Source: an uncultured Sphingomonas sp.
GTDB lineage: Bacteria > Pseudomonadota > Alphaproteobacteria > Sphingomonadales > Sphingomonadaceae
NCBI RefSeq assembly: GCF_964250165.1
Contig: NZ_CAXUEK010000004.1
Location: 2,660 to 66,659 of the forward strand
Length of the DNA: 64,000 nt
Direction of reading: 5' to 3'
Positions 39,550 through 49,167 of the stretch are shown one piece after another (position 1 is the first letter of the stretch; every line of letters begins with the position of its first letter). Below the pieces are notes generated by a model. That model was not told the origin of the DNA. It worked only from the letters and a program-made list of their open reading frames with translations, and searched no databases. Made by a program: the position numbers and the translations under genes.

Positions 39550-39613
39550 GCGTGTGGCGCGGGCGTTCGTCGCAACAGTGTGGCAATCGGGCGGCTCAGC
39601 ACGCTGGAAAGGC

Positions 39614-39643
39614 TTGGGTTTGGATTCGCCAGGGGGTAGAATC
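39614..39643 (+). promoter_or_regulatory. Sigma70-type promoter containing two GANTC sites
   Basis: TTGGGT-N17-TAGAAT; GATTC at 39623 and GAATC at 39639. Confidence 0.55.
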
Positions 39644-39680
39644 CGTCCAAGTCACCGCTTCAGTGGAGGAAGCCGCCCCC

Positions 39681-40379
39681 ATGATCGTCTCCCGCCTCGC
39701 CCTCGCCGCCGCCGCTGCGTTCGCCCTCGCCGGGCCGGCGGCCGCGCAGTTCCACCTCCAGAGCCACCGGTTCGACGGCGCGACGGTGACGGGCGGCGAA
39801 CCCGGCGTCCTCAGCCAGAAGCTGCCCGACGCGACGCCCGCCGAAGTGCGCGCCGCGATGGTCTGGAACATGCGCGCCGCGCTCAACGTCGCCGCGCTGC
39901 AATGCCAGTTCGAGCCGACCCTGCTCACCGTGCCCAACTACAACGCCGTCCTGAAGGACCACGACGCCGAGTTCGACGGATCGCAACGGATCCTGACCAA
40001 ATATTTCGCCCGCACCAACAAAGCCGCCGGCGCGGGGCAGAAGGCGCTCGACCAGTTCGGCACCCGCACCTATTCCAGTTTCGTCACCGTCGGTGGCCAG
40101 CTCGGTTTCTGCCAGACGGCCGCGGCGATCGGCCGCGACGCGGTGTTCCAGCCGCGCGGCCAGTTCGGCGCCCTCGCGGCTGACCGGCTGCAGCAGATGC
40201 GCAACAGCCTGTTCGGCTCCTGGGGAGACGAGGTGCGCCCCGGCTTCGTCCACGTCGCCGACGGCACCGCGCTGCCGCGCTTCGATCCGGTGTGCTGGGA
40301 CAAGAAGGGGCTGTGGGTCGCCAAGAAGTGCGGCGCGCTGGCCTGGCCTCCGGCGCCGGTGGCGACTGCCGCGAACTAG
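39681..40379 (+). CDS. Secreted hypothetical protein with conserved cysteines
   Basis: Signal peptide, GGAGGAA RBS, W.MRAALNVAALQC, NYNA.LK.H..E, FC motifs. Confidence 0.82.
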   Translation: MIVSRLALAAAAAFALAGPAAAQFHLQSHRFDGATVTGGEPGVLSQKLPDATPAEVRAAMVWNMRAALNVAALQCQFEPTLLTVPNYNAVLKDHDAEFDGSQRILTKYFARTNKAAGAGQKALDQFGTRTYSSFVTVGGQLGFCQTAAAIGRDAVFQPRGQFGALAADRLQQMRNSLFGSWGDEVRPGFVHVADGTALPRFDPVCWDKKGLWVAKKCGALAWPPAPVATAAN

Positions 40380-40381
40380 GA

Positions 40382-41014
40382 TCAGCGCAGACCCAGCAGC
40401 TTGTGGGTCTGGAGCGACAGCCGCCAGCGCGGCTGCGCCATGATGAGCTCGACGCAGGCGGCGCGGTTCGCCTCGGCATCCCCGTCGTCGAGCGGCTGGA
40501 TGAGGCGGTGGGCGAAATCCCAAGTATCCAGCGCCGCCAGATCGGTGCCCGGCTGCGGCCAGACCAGCTTCAGCTCGTCGCCCGCACGCTGGACCACGCT
40601 GCTGCCTGCCTTGGGACTGATGCATAGCCAGTCGATGCGCGGATGCGCGGGCAACGTGCCGTTGCTCTCCATGGCGATACGGAAGCCACGCGCGTGCAAC
40701 GCATCGACGAGCGCATCGTCCACCTGGAGCATCGGTTCGCCGCCGGTGAGCACGGCGAAGCGGTCCTCGGTCCCCGCGCCCCAGAACCCCTGCGCGGCGT
40801 CGGCCAGCGCGTCCGCATCGGCGAAGCGGCCGCCGCCCGCGCCGTCGACGCCGACGAAATCGGTGTCGCAGAACCGGCACACCGCGGTTGCGCGATCCTG
40901 CTCGCGGCCGGACCACAGGTTGCATCCGGCAAAGCGCACGAACACCGCACGCCGGCCGGCGTTCACGCCTTCCCCCTGGAGCGTGAGGAACATTTCCTTG
41001 ACGGCGTAGCTCAC
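40382..41014 (-). CDS. queE: 7-carboxy-7-deazaguanine synthase QueE
   Basis: [44 protein letters not shown]. Confidence 0.96.
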   Translation of the reverse strand: MSYAVKEMFLTLQGEGVNAGRRAVFVRFAGCNLWSGREQDRATAVCRFCDTDFVGVDGAGGGRFADADALADAAQGFWGAGTEDRFAVLTGGEPMLQVDDALVDALHARGFRIAMESNGTLPAHPRIDWLCISPKAGSSVVQRAGDELKLVWPQPGTDLAALDTWDFAHRLIQPLDDGDAEANRAACVELIMAQPRWRLSLQTHKLLGLR

Positions 41015-41694
41015 GGGACCTGCGCGTAAGCCGTCGGATCGGGGACGCCGGCGTCGAGGAAACCCTTGTGGCGCAGCCGGCAGCTGTCGCACCGCCCGCA
41101 GTGCAGGCCGGCCGGGGTCGGATCGTAGCAGGACCAGCTCAGCCCCAGATCGAGCCCGAGCCGCATCCCCTCGCGCACGATGTCGGCCTTGGTCATCGCC
41201 TGGAGCGGGGCGTGGATGCGGAACGGGCTGCCCTCCACGCCGGCCTTGGTGGCGAGCTCCGCCAGCCGCTCGAAGCCGGCGATGAACTCGGGCCGGCAAT
41301 CCGGATAGCCCGAATAGTCGAGCGCGTTGACGCCGATGAACAGGTCGCGCGCGCCGGCCGCCTCCGCCCAGCCGAGCGCCAGGCCGAGAAAGATCGTGTT
41401 GCGCGCCGGCACGTAGGTGACGGGGATGCCGGGCTCGACGCCGCCCTTGGGCACGGCGATGTCAGCGGTCAGGGCCGAGCCGCCGAACGCCGACAGATCG
41501 AGCGGCAGCACGATGTGCCGCTCCGCTCCGAGCGCGGTGGCGACGCGGTGTGCCGCGTCCAGCTCGACGCGATGGCGCTGATGGTAATCGATCGAGAGCG
41601 CGAGCAGGCCGAAGCCGTCCGCACGCGCGCCGGCGGCGGCGACCATCGAGTCGAGCCCGCCGGAAACGAGCGCCACGGCGAGCGGTGCGGTCAT
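41011..41694 (-). CDS. queC: 7-cyano-7-deazaguanine synthase QueC
   Basis: [32 protein letters not shown]...[10 protein letters not shown]. Confidence 0.97.
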   Translation of the reverse strand: MTAPLAVALVSGGLDSMVAAAGARADGFGLLALSIDYHQRHRVELDAAHRVATALGAERHIVLPLDLSAFGGSALTADIAVPKGGVEPGIPVTYVPARNTIFLGLALGWAEAAGARDLFIGVNALDYSGYPDCRPEFIAGFERLAELATKAGVEGSPFRIHAPLQAMTKADIVREGMRLGLDLGLSWSCYDPTPAGLHCGRCDSCRLRHKGFLDAGVPDPTAYAQVP

Positions 41695-41732
41695 GCCATC
41701 GGAGCTAGGCGCGCCCCTGCCGCGCCGCAACG

Positions 41733-41758
41733 AAAAAGGGGCCGCCCGAAGGCGGCCC
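41733..41758 (-). terminator. Intrinsic terminator downstream of hslO / candidate sRNA
   Basis: Minus strand GGGCCGCC-UUCG-GGCGGCCC-C-UUUUU; a TTGCGG-N17-TAGCTC promoter-like motif for queC follows immediately. Confidence 0.85.
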
Positions 41759-41830
41759 GAGGCGTTCATCAAGGGAGAAAAGCGTGCCGAAGCACGGGAG
41801 CCGGATAGCCGGGGAGAAATGAAGACCAGG
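41733..41830 (-). ncRNA. Candidate structured sRNA with three CUCCC anti-SD motifs (SuhB/MmgR-like appearance)
   Basis: Two hairpins (CCGG-CUAU-CCGG; CGUGC-UUCG-GCACG) and three CUCCC motifs enclosed by UUCAU/AUGAA, then a terminator. Confidence 0.45.
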
Positions 41831-42745
41831 TTAATAGGGATCAGGCGATCGTGGCTCGGCGGGCACGCGGAACGCCTGCGCGCAGAAGGCGCAGTCGACT
41901 TGGATCATGCCGTCCGCGTCCGCCATCGCGGCCCGCTCGTCGGCCGGAAACCGCGCCAGCACGCCCGCGATATGGTCCGGATCGCAGCGGCAGCCGCGCG
42001 CGACGGGTGTGGCGGCGAGCACGCGCACCTCGTCCTCGTTGAACAGCCGCCACAACAGCGTTTCCAGCGGCAGCGCCGGATCGGCGAGCTCGGTCGCCGC
42101 GATGGTCTGGCCGAGGATGGCGACATGCTCCCATTCGGGGTGATCGAGCCGCACGTGCAGCCGCTCGCGCCCTTCCTCGCCCTCGGGCAGGTGCTGGAGC
42201 AGCAGCGCGCCCGCGATCGTGCCGCCGTCCGCGCCCCGACCGATGCCGACGCGCACCAGCGTCGGGATCTGCTCGGATTGAACGAAATAATGCTCCGCCG
42301 CCGCCGCCAGCGTCGCGCCGTCGAGCGGCACGATCCCCTGATACCGCTCGCCCGTGGACGCCAGGTCGAAGGTGATGGCGAGATAGGCCGCGCCGAACAG
42401 CGCCTGGACGTCCGGCTCAACCGGCGCCGCGGCGAGTGCGACGGCGTCATAGTCGACGTAACCGCGCAGCTCGCCACCGCGATAGTCGCAGACCAGCAGC
42501 CGCACGACGCCGGCCTCCGCGCGGGTCTGCATCGTCAGCTGGCCGGACGGGTCCTTCAGGGTCGCGCCGATCAGCGCCGTCAGCGTCAGCGCCTCGGCGA
42601 GCAGGCGCTCGATCGCGGGCGGATAGGCGTGCGCGCGCAGGATGCTGTCCAGCGTCGCCCCGAGCCGGACGAGGCGGCCACGCGCATGGCGACCGGGGAT
42701 GGCGAAACCGAGCGCGCGGTCGATATCTGCTGGCGTTTTGATCAT
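41831..42745 (-). CDS. hslO: Hsp33 family redox-regulated chaperone
   Basis: [26 protein letters not shown] and VDC.FC zinc-switch cysteines. Confidence 0.93.
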   Translation of the reverse strand: MIKTPADIDRALGFAIPGRHARGRLVRLGATLDSILRAHAYPPAIERLLAEALTLTALIGATLKDPSGQLTMQTRAEAGVVRLLVCDYRGGELRGYVDYDAVALAAAPVEPDVQALFGAAYLAITFDLASTGERYQGIVPLDGATLAAAAEHYFVQSEQIPTLVRVGIGRGADGGTIAGALLLQHLPEGEEGRERLHVRLDHPEWEHVAILGQTIAATELADPALPLETLLWRLFNEDEVRVLAATPVARGCRCDPDHIAGVLARFPADERAAMADADGMIQVDCAFCAQAFRVPAEPRSPDPY

Positions 42746-42791
42746 GCCGTCAGGTGGTGATCGCGCGCGTCCCGATCAACCGAGCCTCCGT

Positions 42792-43709
42792 CTAGCCGAT
42801 CTGGCCGAAGCACCAGCGCAGGATGCTCTTCTGCGCGTGCAGGCGGTTCTCCGCCTCGGGCCAGATTAGCGATTGCGGGCCGTCGATGACGTCGGCCGTC
42901 ACCTCCTCGCCGCGATGCGCGGGCAGGCAGTGCAGGAACTTCGCGTCGGGCTTCGCCGCCGCCATCAGCGCCGCGTCGACCTGATAGGGGGCGAGCGCCC
43001 GGAGCTTGGTCTCGGCATGATCCTGGCCCATCGAGATCCACGTGTCGGTGACGACCACGTCCGCGTCCGCCACCGCCTCGCGCGGGTCAGCGACGACGCG
43101 GGCCCGCCCCGACGCCGCCGCGATCGCCGCCTCGGCGGGCTGGAACCCCTGCGGGCAGGCGGCGACCACGTCGAACTGCAGGAGGGACGCCGCCTCGACG
43201 ATCGAAGCGAGCACGTTGTTGCCGTCGCCCAGCCAGGCGACCTTCAGCCCGGGCAGCGCCTTGCCGGTTTCCAGAATGGTCAGCAGGTCGGCCATGATCT
43301 GGCACGGATGCGACGCGTCGGTCAGGCCGTTGATGACCGGGACGGTGGCATGGGCCGCCATCTCCGCCAGCTTGGCGTGCTGGTCGGTGCGGCACATGAT
43401 CGCGTCGCAATAGCCGCTCAGCACGCGCGCGGTGTCCGCCACCGTCTCGCCGCGGCCGAGCTGGCTGGTGGCGCTGTCGAGCACCAGCGCCGCGCCGCCG
43501 AGCTGGCGCATCGCCACGTCGAAGGAGACGCGGGTGCGCGTCGAGTTCTTCTCGAACACGCAGGCGAGGACATGCCCAGCGAGCGGCGCGTCGGCGTCCG
43601 CCCTGCCCTTCGGCCAGCCGGCCCGCGCCGCCTTGCGGTCGAGCGCATCGGCGAGGATCGCGGCGACCCCGTCGGCGCCGGCGGAGGAGAAAGAGAGGAA
43701 GTGGCGCAC
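42792..43709 (-). CDS. argF: Ornithine carbamoyltransferase
   Basis: [46 protein letters not shown]; GTG start at 43709. Confidence 0.97.
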   Translation of the reverse strand: MRHFLSFSSAGADGVAAILADALDRKAARAGWPKGRADADAPLAGHVLACVFEKNSTRTRVSFDVAMRQLGGAALVLDSATSQLGRGETVADTARVLSGYCDAIMCRTDQHAKLAEMAAHATVPVINGLTDASHPCQIMADLLTILETGKALPGLKVAWLGDGNNVLASIVEAASLLQFDVVAACPQGFQPAEAAIAAASGRARVVADPREAVADADVVVTDTWISMGQDHAETKLRALAPYQVDAALMAAAKPDAKFLHCLPAHRGEEVTADVIDGPQSLIWPEAENRLHAQKSILRWCFGQIG

Positions 43710-43715
43710 GGCTAT

Positions 43716-43862
43716 TCTCCTCCCCCGCTCCGCGGGGGAGGGGGACCATGCGAAGCATGGTGGTGGGGGGCTGCCGCGCCAGCGTCGGCTTCGCCGCCGC
43801 GCCCCCTCCACCACGCCGCTGACGCGACGCGGTCCTCCTCCCCCGCAGAGCGGGGCAGGAGT
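43716..43862. repeat. Family A MITE-like element between argD and argF
   Basis: CTCCTCCCCCGCTCCGCGGGGGAGGGGGACC ... GGTGGTGGGGGG / CCCCCTCCACC ... GGTCCTCCTCCCCGCAGAGCGGGGCAGGAG. Confidence 0.85.
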
Positions 43863-43871
43863 AAAATCGCC

Positions 43872-45068
43872 TCAGTCATCGCTCGGCGTCACATACACGC
43901 GCGCCGCCGCGCTCAGCGTCTCGACGCATTCGGCGATGTGGTGCTCGTCGATCACCAGCGGCGGCAGGATGCGCACGACGTTCTCGCCCGCCGACACCGT
44001 CAGCAGCCGGTACTCGTCGCGCAGGAAGCCCACGAACGCGCGCGCCTCGACCGGCGGCTTCAGCTTGAGCCCGAGCATCAGTCCCTTGCCGCGCACCTCC
44101 TGGAACAGGTGATCGTGATTGGGGATCATCTGCTCCAGCGACGCCCGCAGCCGCTCGCCCATCGCGCCGACATGCGCCAGGAAGCCGGGCTCGCCCATCA
44201 CGTCCAGCACCGCCTCGCCGGCCGCCATGGCGAGCGGGTTGCCGCCATAAGTCGAGCCGTGGGTGCCGACCACCATGCCCCTGGCGGCCTGCTCGGTCGC
44301 CAGGCACGCGCCGAGCGGGAAGCCGCCGCCGATCCCCTTCGCCACCGCCATGATGTCGGGGACGATTCCAACCTGTTCGTGGTAGAACATCGTGCCGGTG
44401 CGCCCGTAGCCACACTGCACCTCGTCGAACACCAGCATCAGGCCATGCGCATCGCAGGCGGCGCGCAAGCCCTGCAGGAACGCGTCGGTGCCGACCGACA
44501 CCCCGCCTTCGCCCTGGATCGGTTCGACCAGGAAACCCGCGGTGCGGTCGTCGACGAGCGCCAGCGCGGCGTCGAGATCGTTGAACGGCGCATAGACGAA
44601 GCCGGGCAGCAGCGGCTCGAAGCCGTCGCGCATCTTCGCCTGGTTGGTCGCCGAGATCGCGCCCAGCGTGCGGCCGTGGAACGCCTGGTTGAAGCAGATC
44701 AGCGTGTTCCGCTGCGGGTTGCCCTCCGCATGGTGGAAGCGGCGCGCGGTCTTGATCGCGCATTCCACCGCCTCGACGCCCGAATTGGTGAAGAACACCG
44801 TGTCGGCGAAGGTGAGGTCGACCAGCCGTTGCGCCAGCCGCTCGCCCTGCGGGCTGCCGTAGAGGTTGGAGACGTGCATCAGCGTCGCCGCCTGGCGGGC
44901 GATCGCCTCGACCAGCTTGGGATGCGCGTGGCCGAGCGCGTTGACCGCGATGCCGGCCGCCATGTCGAGATACTGCGTCCCGTCCTCGCCATAGAGGTAG
45001 CAGCCCTCGCCTCGCACCGGCCTCACCCCGCAGCGCGGGTAGACGGGCATGAGGGGGGTGATCGCCAC
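43872..45068 (-). CDS. argD: Acetylornithine aminotransferase
   Basis: ITPLMPVY, GIAVNALGH, FFTNSG.EA, EPIQGEGG, FDEVQCGYGRTG, AKGIGGGFP. Confidence 0.96.
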   Translation of the reverse strand: MAITPLMPVYPRCGVRPVRGEGCYLYGEDGTQYLDMAAGIAVNALGHAHPKLVEAIARQAATLMHVSNLYGSPQGERLAQRLVDLTFADTVFFTNSGVEAVECAIKTARRFHHAEGNPQRNTLICFNQAFHGRTLGAISATNQAKMRDGFEPLLPGFVYAPFNDLDAALALVDDRTAGFLVEPIQGEGGVSVGTDAFLQGLRAACDAHGLMLVFDEVQCGYGRTGTMFYHEQVGIVPDIMAVAKGIGGGFPLGACLATEQAARGMVVGTHGSTYGGNPLAMAAGEAVLDVMGEPGFLAHVGAMGERLRASLEQMIPNHDHLFQEVRGKGLMLGLKLKPPVEARAFVGFLRDEYRLLTVSAGENVVRILPPLVIDEHHIAECVETLSAAARVYVTPSDD

Positions 45069-45090
45069 GGTACGAGCTCCTAACGCGAAA

Positions 45091-45148
45091 GGGCGGCCCG
45101 CGCTGGACCGCCCTCTCCCGTCATACCGGCGCGACCGGAGCGTCACAA
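45091..45148 (-). promoter_or_regulatory. Putative argD promoter followed by a 5'-terminal stem-loop
   Basis: Minus strand TTGTGA-N17-TATGAC (45148-45120), then hairpin GGGCGGUCC/GGGCCGCCC (45113-45091) plus UUU and AGGAG RBS. Confidence 0.5.
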
Positions 45149-45193
45149 CCCCACGTCACCGGCGCGTCGCCCTCCGTTAGCGCAGGGGCCGAT

Positions 45194-46207
45194 TCACGCC
45201 CTGGCCGGCACTCTGGCACGACGCCGCATCGTGCCGCCGATCAGGCCGAACCCGGCGACCGTCATCGCCCAGGTCGCCGGCTCGGGCGCTGCGGAGGCGT
45301 CGCCGGCGACCGGCGTTTCGAAGCGGATCGTCCAATCCGGGTCGAACGCGCTCGTGGTCGTGAACCCGATGCTATAGGAACCCGCCGCCAGGCTGCGCGA
45401 CAGGAAGCCGGAGAAACTGTTGGCGTTCGTCAGCGACACCGTGGTGAGCGGGTTGAGAGGGTCGCCGCTCGCGTAGAGATTGAAGCTGAACGTCGCGGCC
45501 GGGTCCGCCCCGGTCAGCGCACCCAGTGCGGTGAAGTCGCCCCCGGCCCAGTCGAAGCCGACATAGGCCTGCGGTCCGTATTGGCCGGAGATGTGTCCGC
45601 CGACGTCGGTGACGGCGGTGCCGGAGAGCCGTTGCGGGTCGTCCGGGGTGCCGCCGGCATATTCGCGCGGCGCATAACCGGCGCCATCGCCGTTGCCGAA
45701 GGTAATGTTGTCCACGTCCACGCCGCCGCCCGGACTGGACAGCGTGACGCTCGTGCCGGCATGATCCGCGATGAAGCCGATATACGAGAAGGTCGGGTAG
45801 CCGTTGATCGGCAGGGTGACCGTGTCGCTCCCAAATGTCAGCGAAATAGGCGCGCCGCCCGCGACGTTGAAACCGAAGGCGTTCCCCGCCGTGGCCACGC
45901 TGAACGTGGCGTCGGTCGGGGTTCCTTGCTGGATCTGCAAGTAGGACCCCGGGCCGTAGGCGTTGTTGTTGCTGGAGAAGATGTAGTCGTTGGTGCTCCG
46001 CACCGTCACGCCATGGTCGGACAAGCTCCCCGGGCCGTAGCTGCGACCGCCGTAGAAGCCATTGCCCAGAGCATTGAGATCGGCGGTGACGGACCGTTCG
46101 AGCGCGGCGATGAACTCGCCCTGATCCGTATAGATCCTGACCGACGCGGCGCTGGCCGAAGATAGACCAACCGTCGCAATCGCGCACACCAGCAAACGGA
46201 GTCGCAT
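45194..46207 (-). CDS. PEPxxWA-CTERM sorting-domain surface protein
   Basis: Signal peptide; C-terminal APEPATWAMTVAGFGLIGGTMRRR; Gly/Ser/Thr/Asn-rich beta-type body. Confidence 0.92.
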   Translation of the reverse strand: MRLRLLVCAIATVGLSSASAASVRIYTDQGEFIAALERSVTADLNALGNGFYGGRSYGPGSLSDHGVTVRSTNDYIFSSNNNAYGPGSYLQIQQGTPTDATFSVATAGNAFGFNVAGGAPISLTFGSDTVTLPINGYPTFSYIGFIADHAGTSVTLSSPGGGVDVDNITFGNGDGAGYAPREYAGGTPDDPQRLSGTAVTDVGGHISGQYGPQAYVGFDWAGGDFTALGALTGADPAATFSFNLYASGDPLNPLTTVSLTNANSFSGFLSRSLAAGSYSIGFTTTSAFDPDWTIRFETPVAGDASAAPEPATWAMTVAGFGLIGGTMRRRARVPARA

Positions 46208-46313
46208 CTGTTCCCCCTCAACGCCGAGGCGCGACTCGCGCGCGCCGTCGTCAAGCAGAACCGCGATGGCGGTGCCGCGCATCACCCAAATGGAGTAGAT
46301 GACGCTGACGCCG

Positions 46314-48308
46314 TCATGCGTCGATTGCCTCCTCTTCCAGCCGCCCCGCATTCTCCTGGATGAAGGCGAAGCGGTGCGCGGGGTTGTTGCCCATCAACCG
46401 GTCGACCAGGTCGCGCACGCCGGCGCGCTCCTCATATTCCTGCGGCAGGGTGATGCGGATCATGCCGCGCGTCCTGGGGTCCATGGTGGTCTCGCGCAGC
46501 TGCATGGGATTCATCTCGCCCAGCCCCTTGAAGCGTGAGACCTCCACCTTCTTGCCCTTGAACGGTCCCGCCTCGATCGCAGCGCGGTGCGCATCGTCGC
46601 GGGCATAAAGCGACTTCGCGCCGCTCGTCAGCCGGTAGAGCGGCGGCTGGGCGAGGTGGAGGTGGCCGCGCCGCACGAGGTCCGGCATCTCCTGGAAGAA
46701 GAAGGTCATCAGCAGCGTCGCGATGTGCGCCCCGTCGACGTCGGCGTCGGTCATGATGACGACGCGCTCGTAGCGCAGCGCCCCCACGTCGCAATCCTTG
46801 CGCGTGCCGCAACCGAGCGCCTGGATCAGGTCGGCGATCTCGGCGTTCGCGCCGATCTTCGCGGCGGTCGCGGACGCCACGTTCAGGATCTTGCCGCGGA
46901 TCGGCAGGATCGCCTGCGTCTTGCGGTCGCGCGCCTGCTTGGCCGAGCCGCCGGCCGAATCACCCTCGACGATGAACAGCTCGGTCCCCGCGGGGCTGTC
47001 GCTGGCGCAGTCGGTCAGCTTGCCGGGCAGGCGCAGCTTGCGCGCGGAGGTGGCGGTCTTGCGCTTGACCTCGCGCTCCTGCTTGCGGCGGAGGCGATCC
47101 TCCATGCGCTCGACGACATAGCCGAGCAGCGCCTTGCCGCGATCCATGTGCGCCGAGAGCCAATGGTCGAAATGGTCGCGCAGCGCCTTTTCCACCAGCC
47201 CCGCCGCCTCGGGCGAGGTCAGCCGGTCCTTGGTCTGCGACTGGAATTGCGGCTCGCGGACGAAGACGGAGAGCATCAACTCGGAGCCGACCATCACGTC
47301 GTCGGCGGTCAGCTCCTTCGCGCGCTTGTCCTTCACCAGCTCGCCGAACTGGCGCAGGCCGCGCACCAGCGCCTGGCGCAGCCCCTGCTCGTGTGTGCCC
47401 CCGTCGGGCGTCGGGATGGTGTTGCAATACCAGCTGTAGCTGCCGTCGCTCCACAGCGGCCAGGCGACGGCCCATTCGACACGGCCCGCCCCAGCTCCAT
47501 CCGAGGCCTTCGGGAAATCCTGCGCACCCGAGAAGAACTCGGCCGTCGCGCACTCGCGCCCGCCGACCTGCTCGCGCAGATGATCGGCGAGCCCGCCGGG
47601 GAACTGGAACACCGCCTCGGCGGGCGTGTCGTCGCCGAGGAGCTCGGGCGCACACCGCCACCGGATCTCGACGCCGGCGAACAGATAGGCCTTGGACCGG
47701 GCGAGCCGATACAGCCGCTGCGGCTTGAAGTGCAGCTCCGGCCCGAAGATCTCCGCGTCGGGCGTGAAGGCGACGGTCGTGCCGCGCCGGTTGGGCGCCG
47801 CGCCGACATGCTCCAGCGGCCCCAGCGTCTGCCCGCGCGCGAACCGCTGGCGATAGAGCTGGCGGTCGCGCGCGACCTCCACCACCGTATCGCTCGACAG
47901 CGCGTTGACCACCGACACGCCCACGCCGTGGAGACCGCCCGACGTCGCATAGGCCTTGCCCGCGAACTTGCCGCCCGAGTGCAGCGTCGACAGGATCACC
48001 TCCAGCGCCGACTTGTCCGGGAACTTCGGGTGCGGATCGACGGGGATGCCGCGGCCGTTGTCGACAACCGTGAGCCGGTTGCCCGGCTCCAGCGTCACCT
48101 CGATCCGCGTCGCATGGCCTGCCACCGCCTCGTCCATCGCGTTGTCCAGCACCTCGGCGGCGAGGTGGTGCAGCGCGCGCTCGTCGGTGCCGCCGACATA
48201 CATGCCCGGCCGCCGCCGCACCGGCTCCAGCCCCTCCAGCACCTCGATGGCGGAAGCGTCATAGGCGCCCGAGGTCGCGGGCGGGGAAGCGAACAGGTCG
48301 TCGGCCAT
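46314..48308 (-). CDS. parE: DNA topoisomerase IV subunit B
   Basis: YDA..IEVLEGLEPVR.RPGMY, SGGLHGVGVSVVNALS, EGDSAGGSAKQAR, PIRGKILNV; 664 aa without the GyrB-type insertion. Confidence 0.93.
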   Translation of the reverse strand: MADDLFASPPATSGAYDASAIEVLEGLEPVRRRPGMYVGGTDERALHHLAAEVLDNAMDEAVAGHATRIEVTLEPGNRLTVVDNGRGIPVDPHPKFPDKSALEVILSTLHSGGKFAGKAYATSGGLHGVGVSVVNALSSDTVVEVARDRQLYRQRFARGQTLGPLEHVGAAPNRRGTTVAFTPDAEIFGPELHFKPQRLYRLARSKAYLFAGVEIRWRCAPELLGDDTPAEAVFQFPGGLADHLREQVGGRECATAEFFSGAQDFPKASDGAGAGRVEWAVAWPLWSDGSYSWYCNTIPTPDGGTHEQGLRQALVRGLRQFGELVKDKRAKELTADDVMVGSELMLSVFVREPQFQSQTKDRLTSPEAAGLVEKALRDHFDHWLSAHMDRGKALLGYVVERMEDRLRRKQEREVKRKTATSARKLRLPGKLTDCASDSPAGTELFIVEGDSAGGSAKQARDRKTQAILPIRGKILNVASATAAKIGANAEIADLIQALGCGTRKDCDVGALRYERVVIMTDADVDGAHIATLLMTFFFQEMPDLVRRGHLHLAQPPLYRLTSGAKSLYARDDAHRAAIEAGPFKGKKVEVSRFKGLGEMNPMQLRETTMDPRTRGMIRITLPQEYEERAGVRDLVDRLMGNNPAHRFAFIQENAGRLEEEAIDA

Positions 48309-48458
48309 GGGGAACGTATGGGGGACGCGGGAGCGACGGGCAAGCTGCGGCCGTCACGCTCCGCCGTCGGCGGACCACCTTGGGCCCGCCGCGATCCACG
48401 CTTGTGGAATATAGTGGAAGTTCGGGGAAACCGGGCGGCAGCAGCGCTGCCCCTTGCG

Positions 48459-49115
48459 TCAGCGCACGCGTGGCCCGCCGAACGGCAGCGGCGGCGGCGC
48501 GCGGCGATCGCGGCGCGGCAGCTGCGCCTGATAGGCATGCCCGCAATGCGCGACGCAATAGGGGAAACCGGGATTCACCTTGTCGCCGCAGAAGTGGAAG
48601 TCGGGCTCGCCGGGATGGCCGAGCGGCCATTTGCAGATGCGGTCGTTGAGGTCGAGCAGCGAGGTCTTGCCGGCGACTTCGGATGAAGGCTTGGCGGGGA
48701 CCAGCCGGCGCGGCGGCGCGGGCTGCGACGGCGGCTGCTGCTCGCCCGGCGTCTGACGCACGAAGCCGCCCGGGCCGACCGAGCGCATCACCGGTGCCGG
48801 CGGCAGCGGCGGCGGCGAGGGCGACGGGGCGGCATCGTCGTCGACCTCGATCGTGGCGGGTTCCGCGGGCGCGGCCTCGCGCACCGGCTCGGGCGCGGGC
48901 GGGGGTGGCGGCGCGACGGGCTCCGGCTCGGGCGCGACGGCCTCCGGCTCGTTGGGCCTGACCGGCGAGGGGCGCGCCTGCAGCCCCAGGCGATGCGCCT
49001 TGCCGATCACGGCGTTGCGGCTGACCCCGCCCAGCGCGTCGGCGATCTGGCTGGCGGTCTGCCCCGCCTCCCACATCGTCTTGAGCTGGTCGATGCGGTC
49101 GTCGGTCCAGGACAT
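48459..49115 (-). CDS. gcrA: Cell cycle regulator GcrA
   Basis: MSWTDDRIDQLK.MW..G.TASQIA..LGGVSRNAVIGKAHRLGL; C-terminal CKWPLGHP...FHFCG. Confidence 0.96.
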   Translation of the reverse strand: MSWTDDRIDQLKTMWEAGQTASQIADALGGVSRNAVIGKAHRLGLQARPSPVRPNEPEAVAPEPEPVAPPPPPAPEPVREAAPAEPATIEVDDDAAPSPSPPPLPPAPVMRSVGPGGFVRQTPGEQQPPSQPAPPRRLVPAKPSSEVAGKTSLLDLNDRICKWPLGHPGEPDFHFCGDKVNPGFPYCVAHCGHAYQAQLPRRDRRAPPPLPFGGPRVR

Positions 49116-49167
49116 GCACGTTCCTTAAAGCGTTGCGGGCGGCGGCCCCAGCGGTTACCCGCCCCCC

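Noticed and set aside
43710-43814. ORF-track N-terminal extension of ArgF (MVEGARRR...)
   Set aside because: It is a translation of the MITE; homology and an SD support the GTG at 43709
48309-48458. AT-rich patch (TTGTGGAATATAGTGGAAG) between parE and gcrA as a DnaA box or sRNA
   Set aside because: It mismatches TTATCCACA and has no terminator or stable structure; probably just promoter DNA
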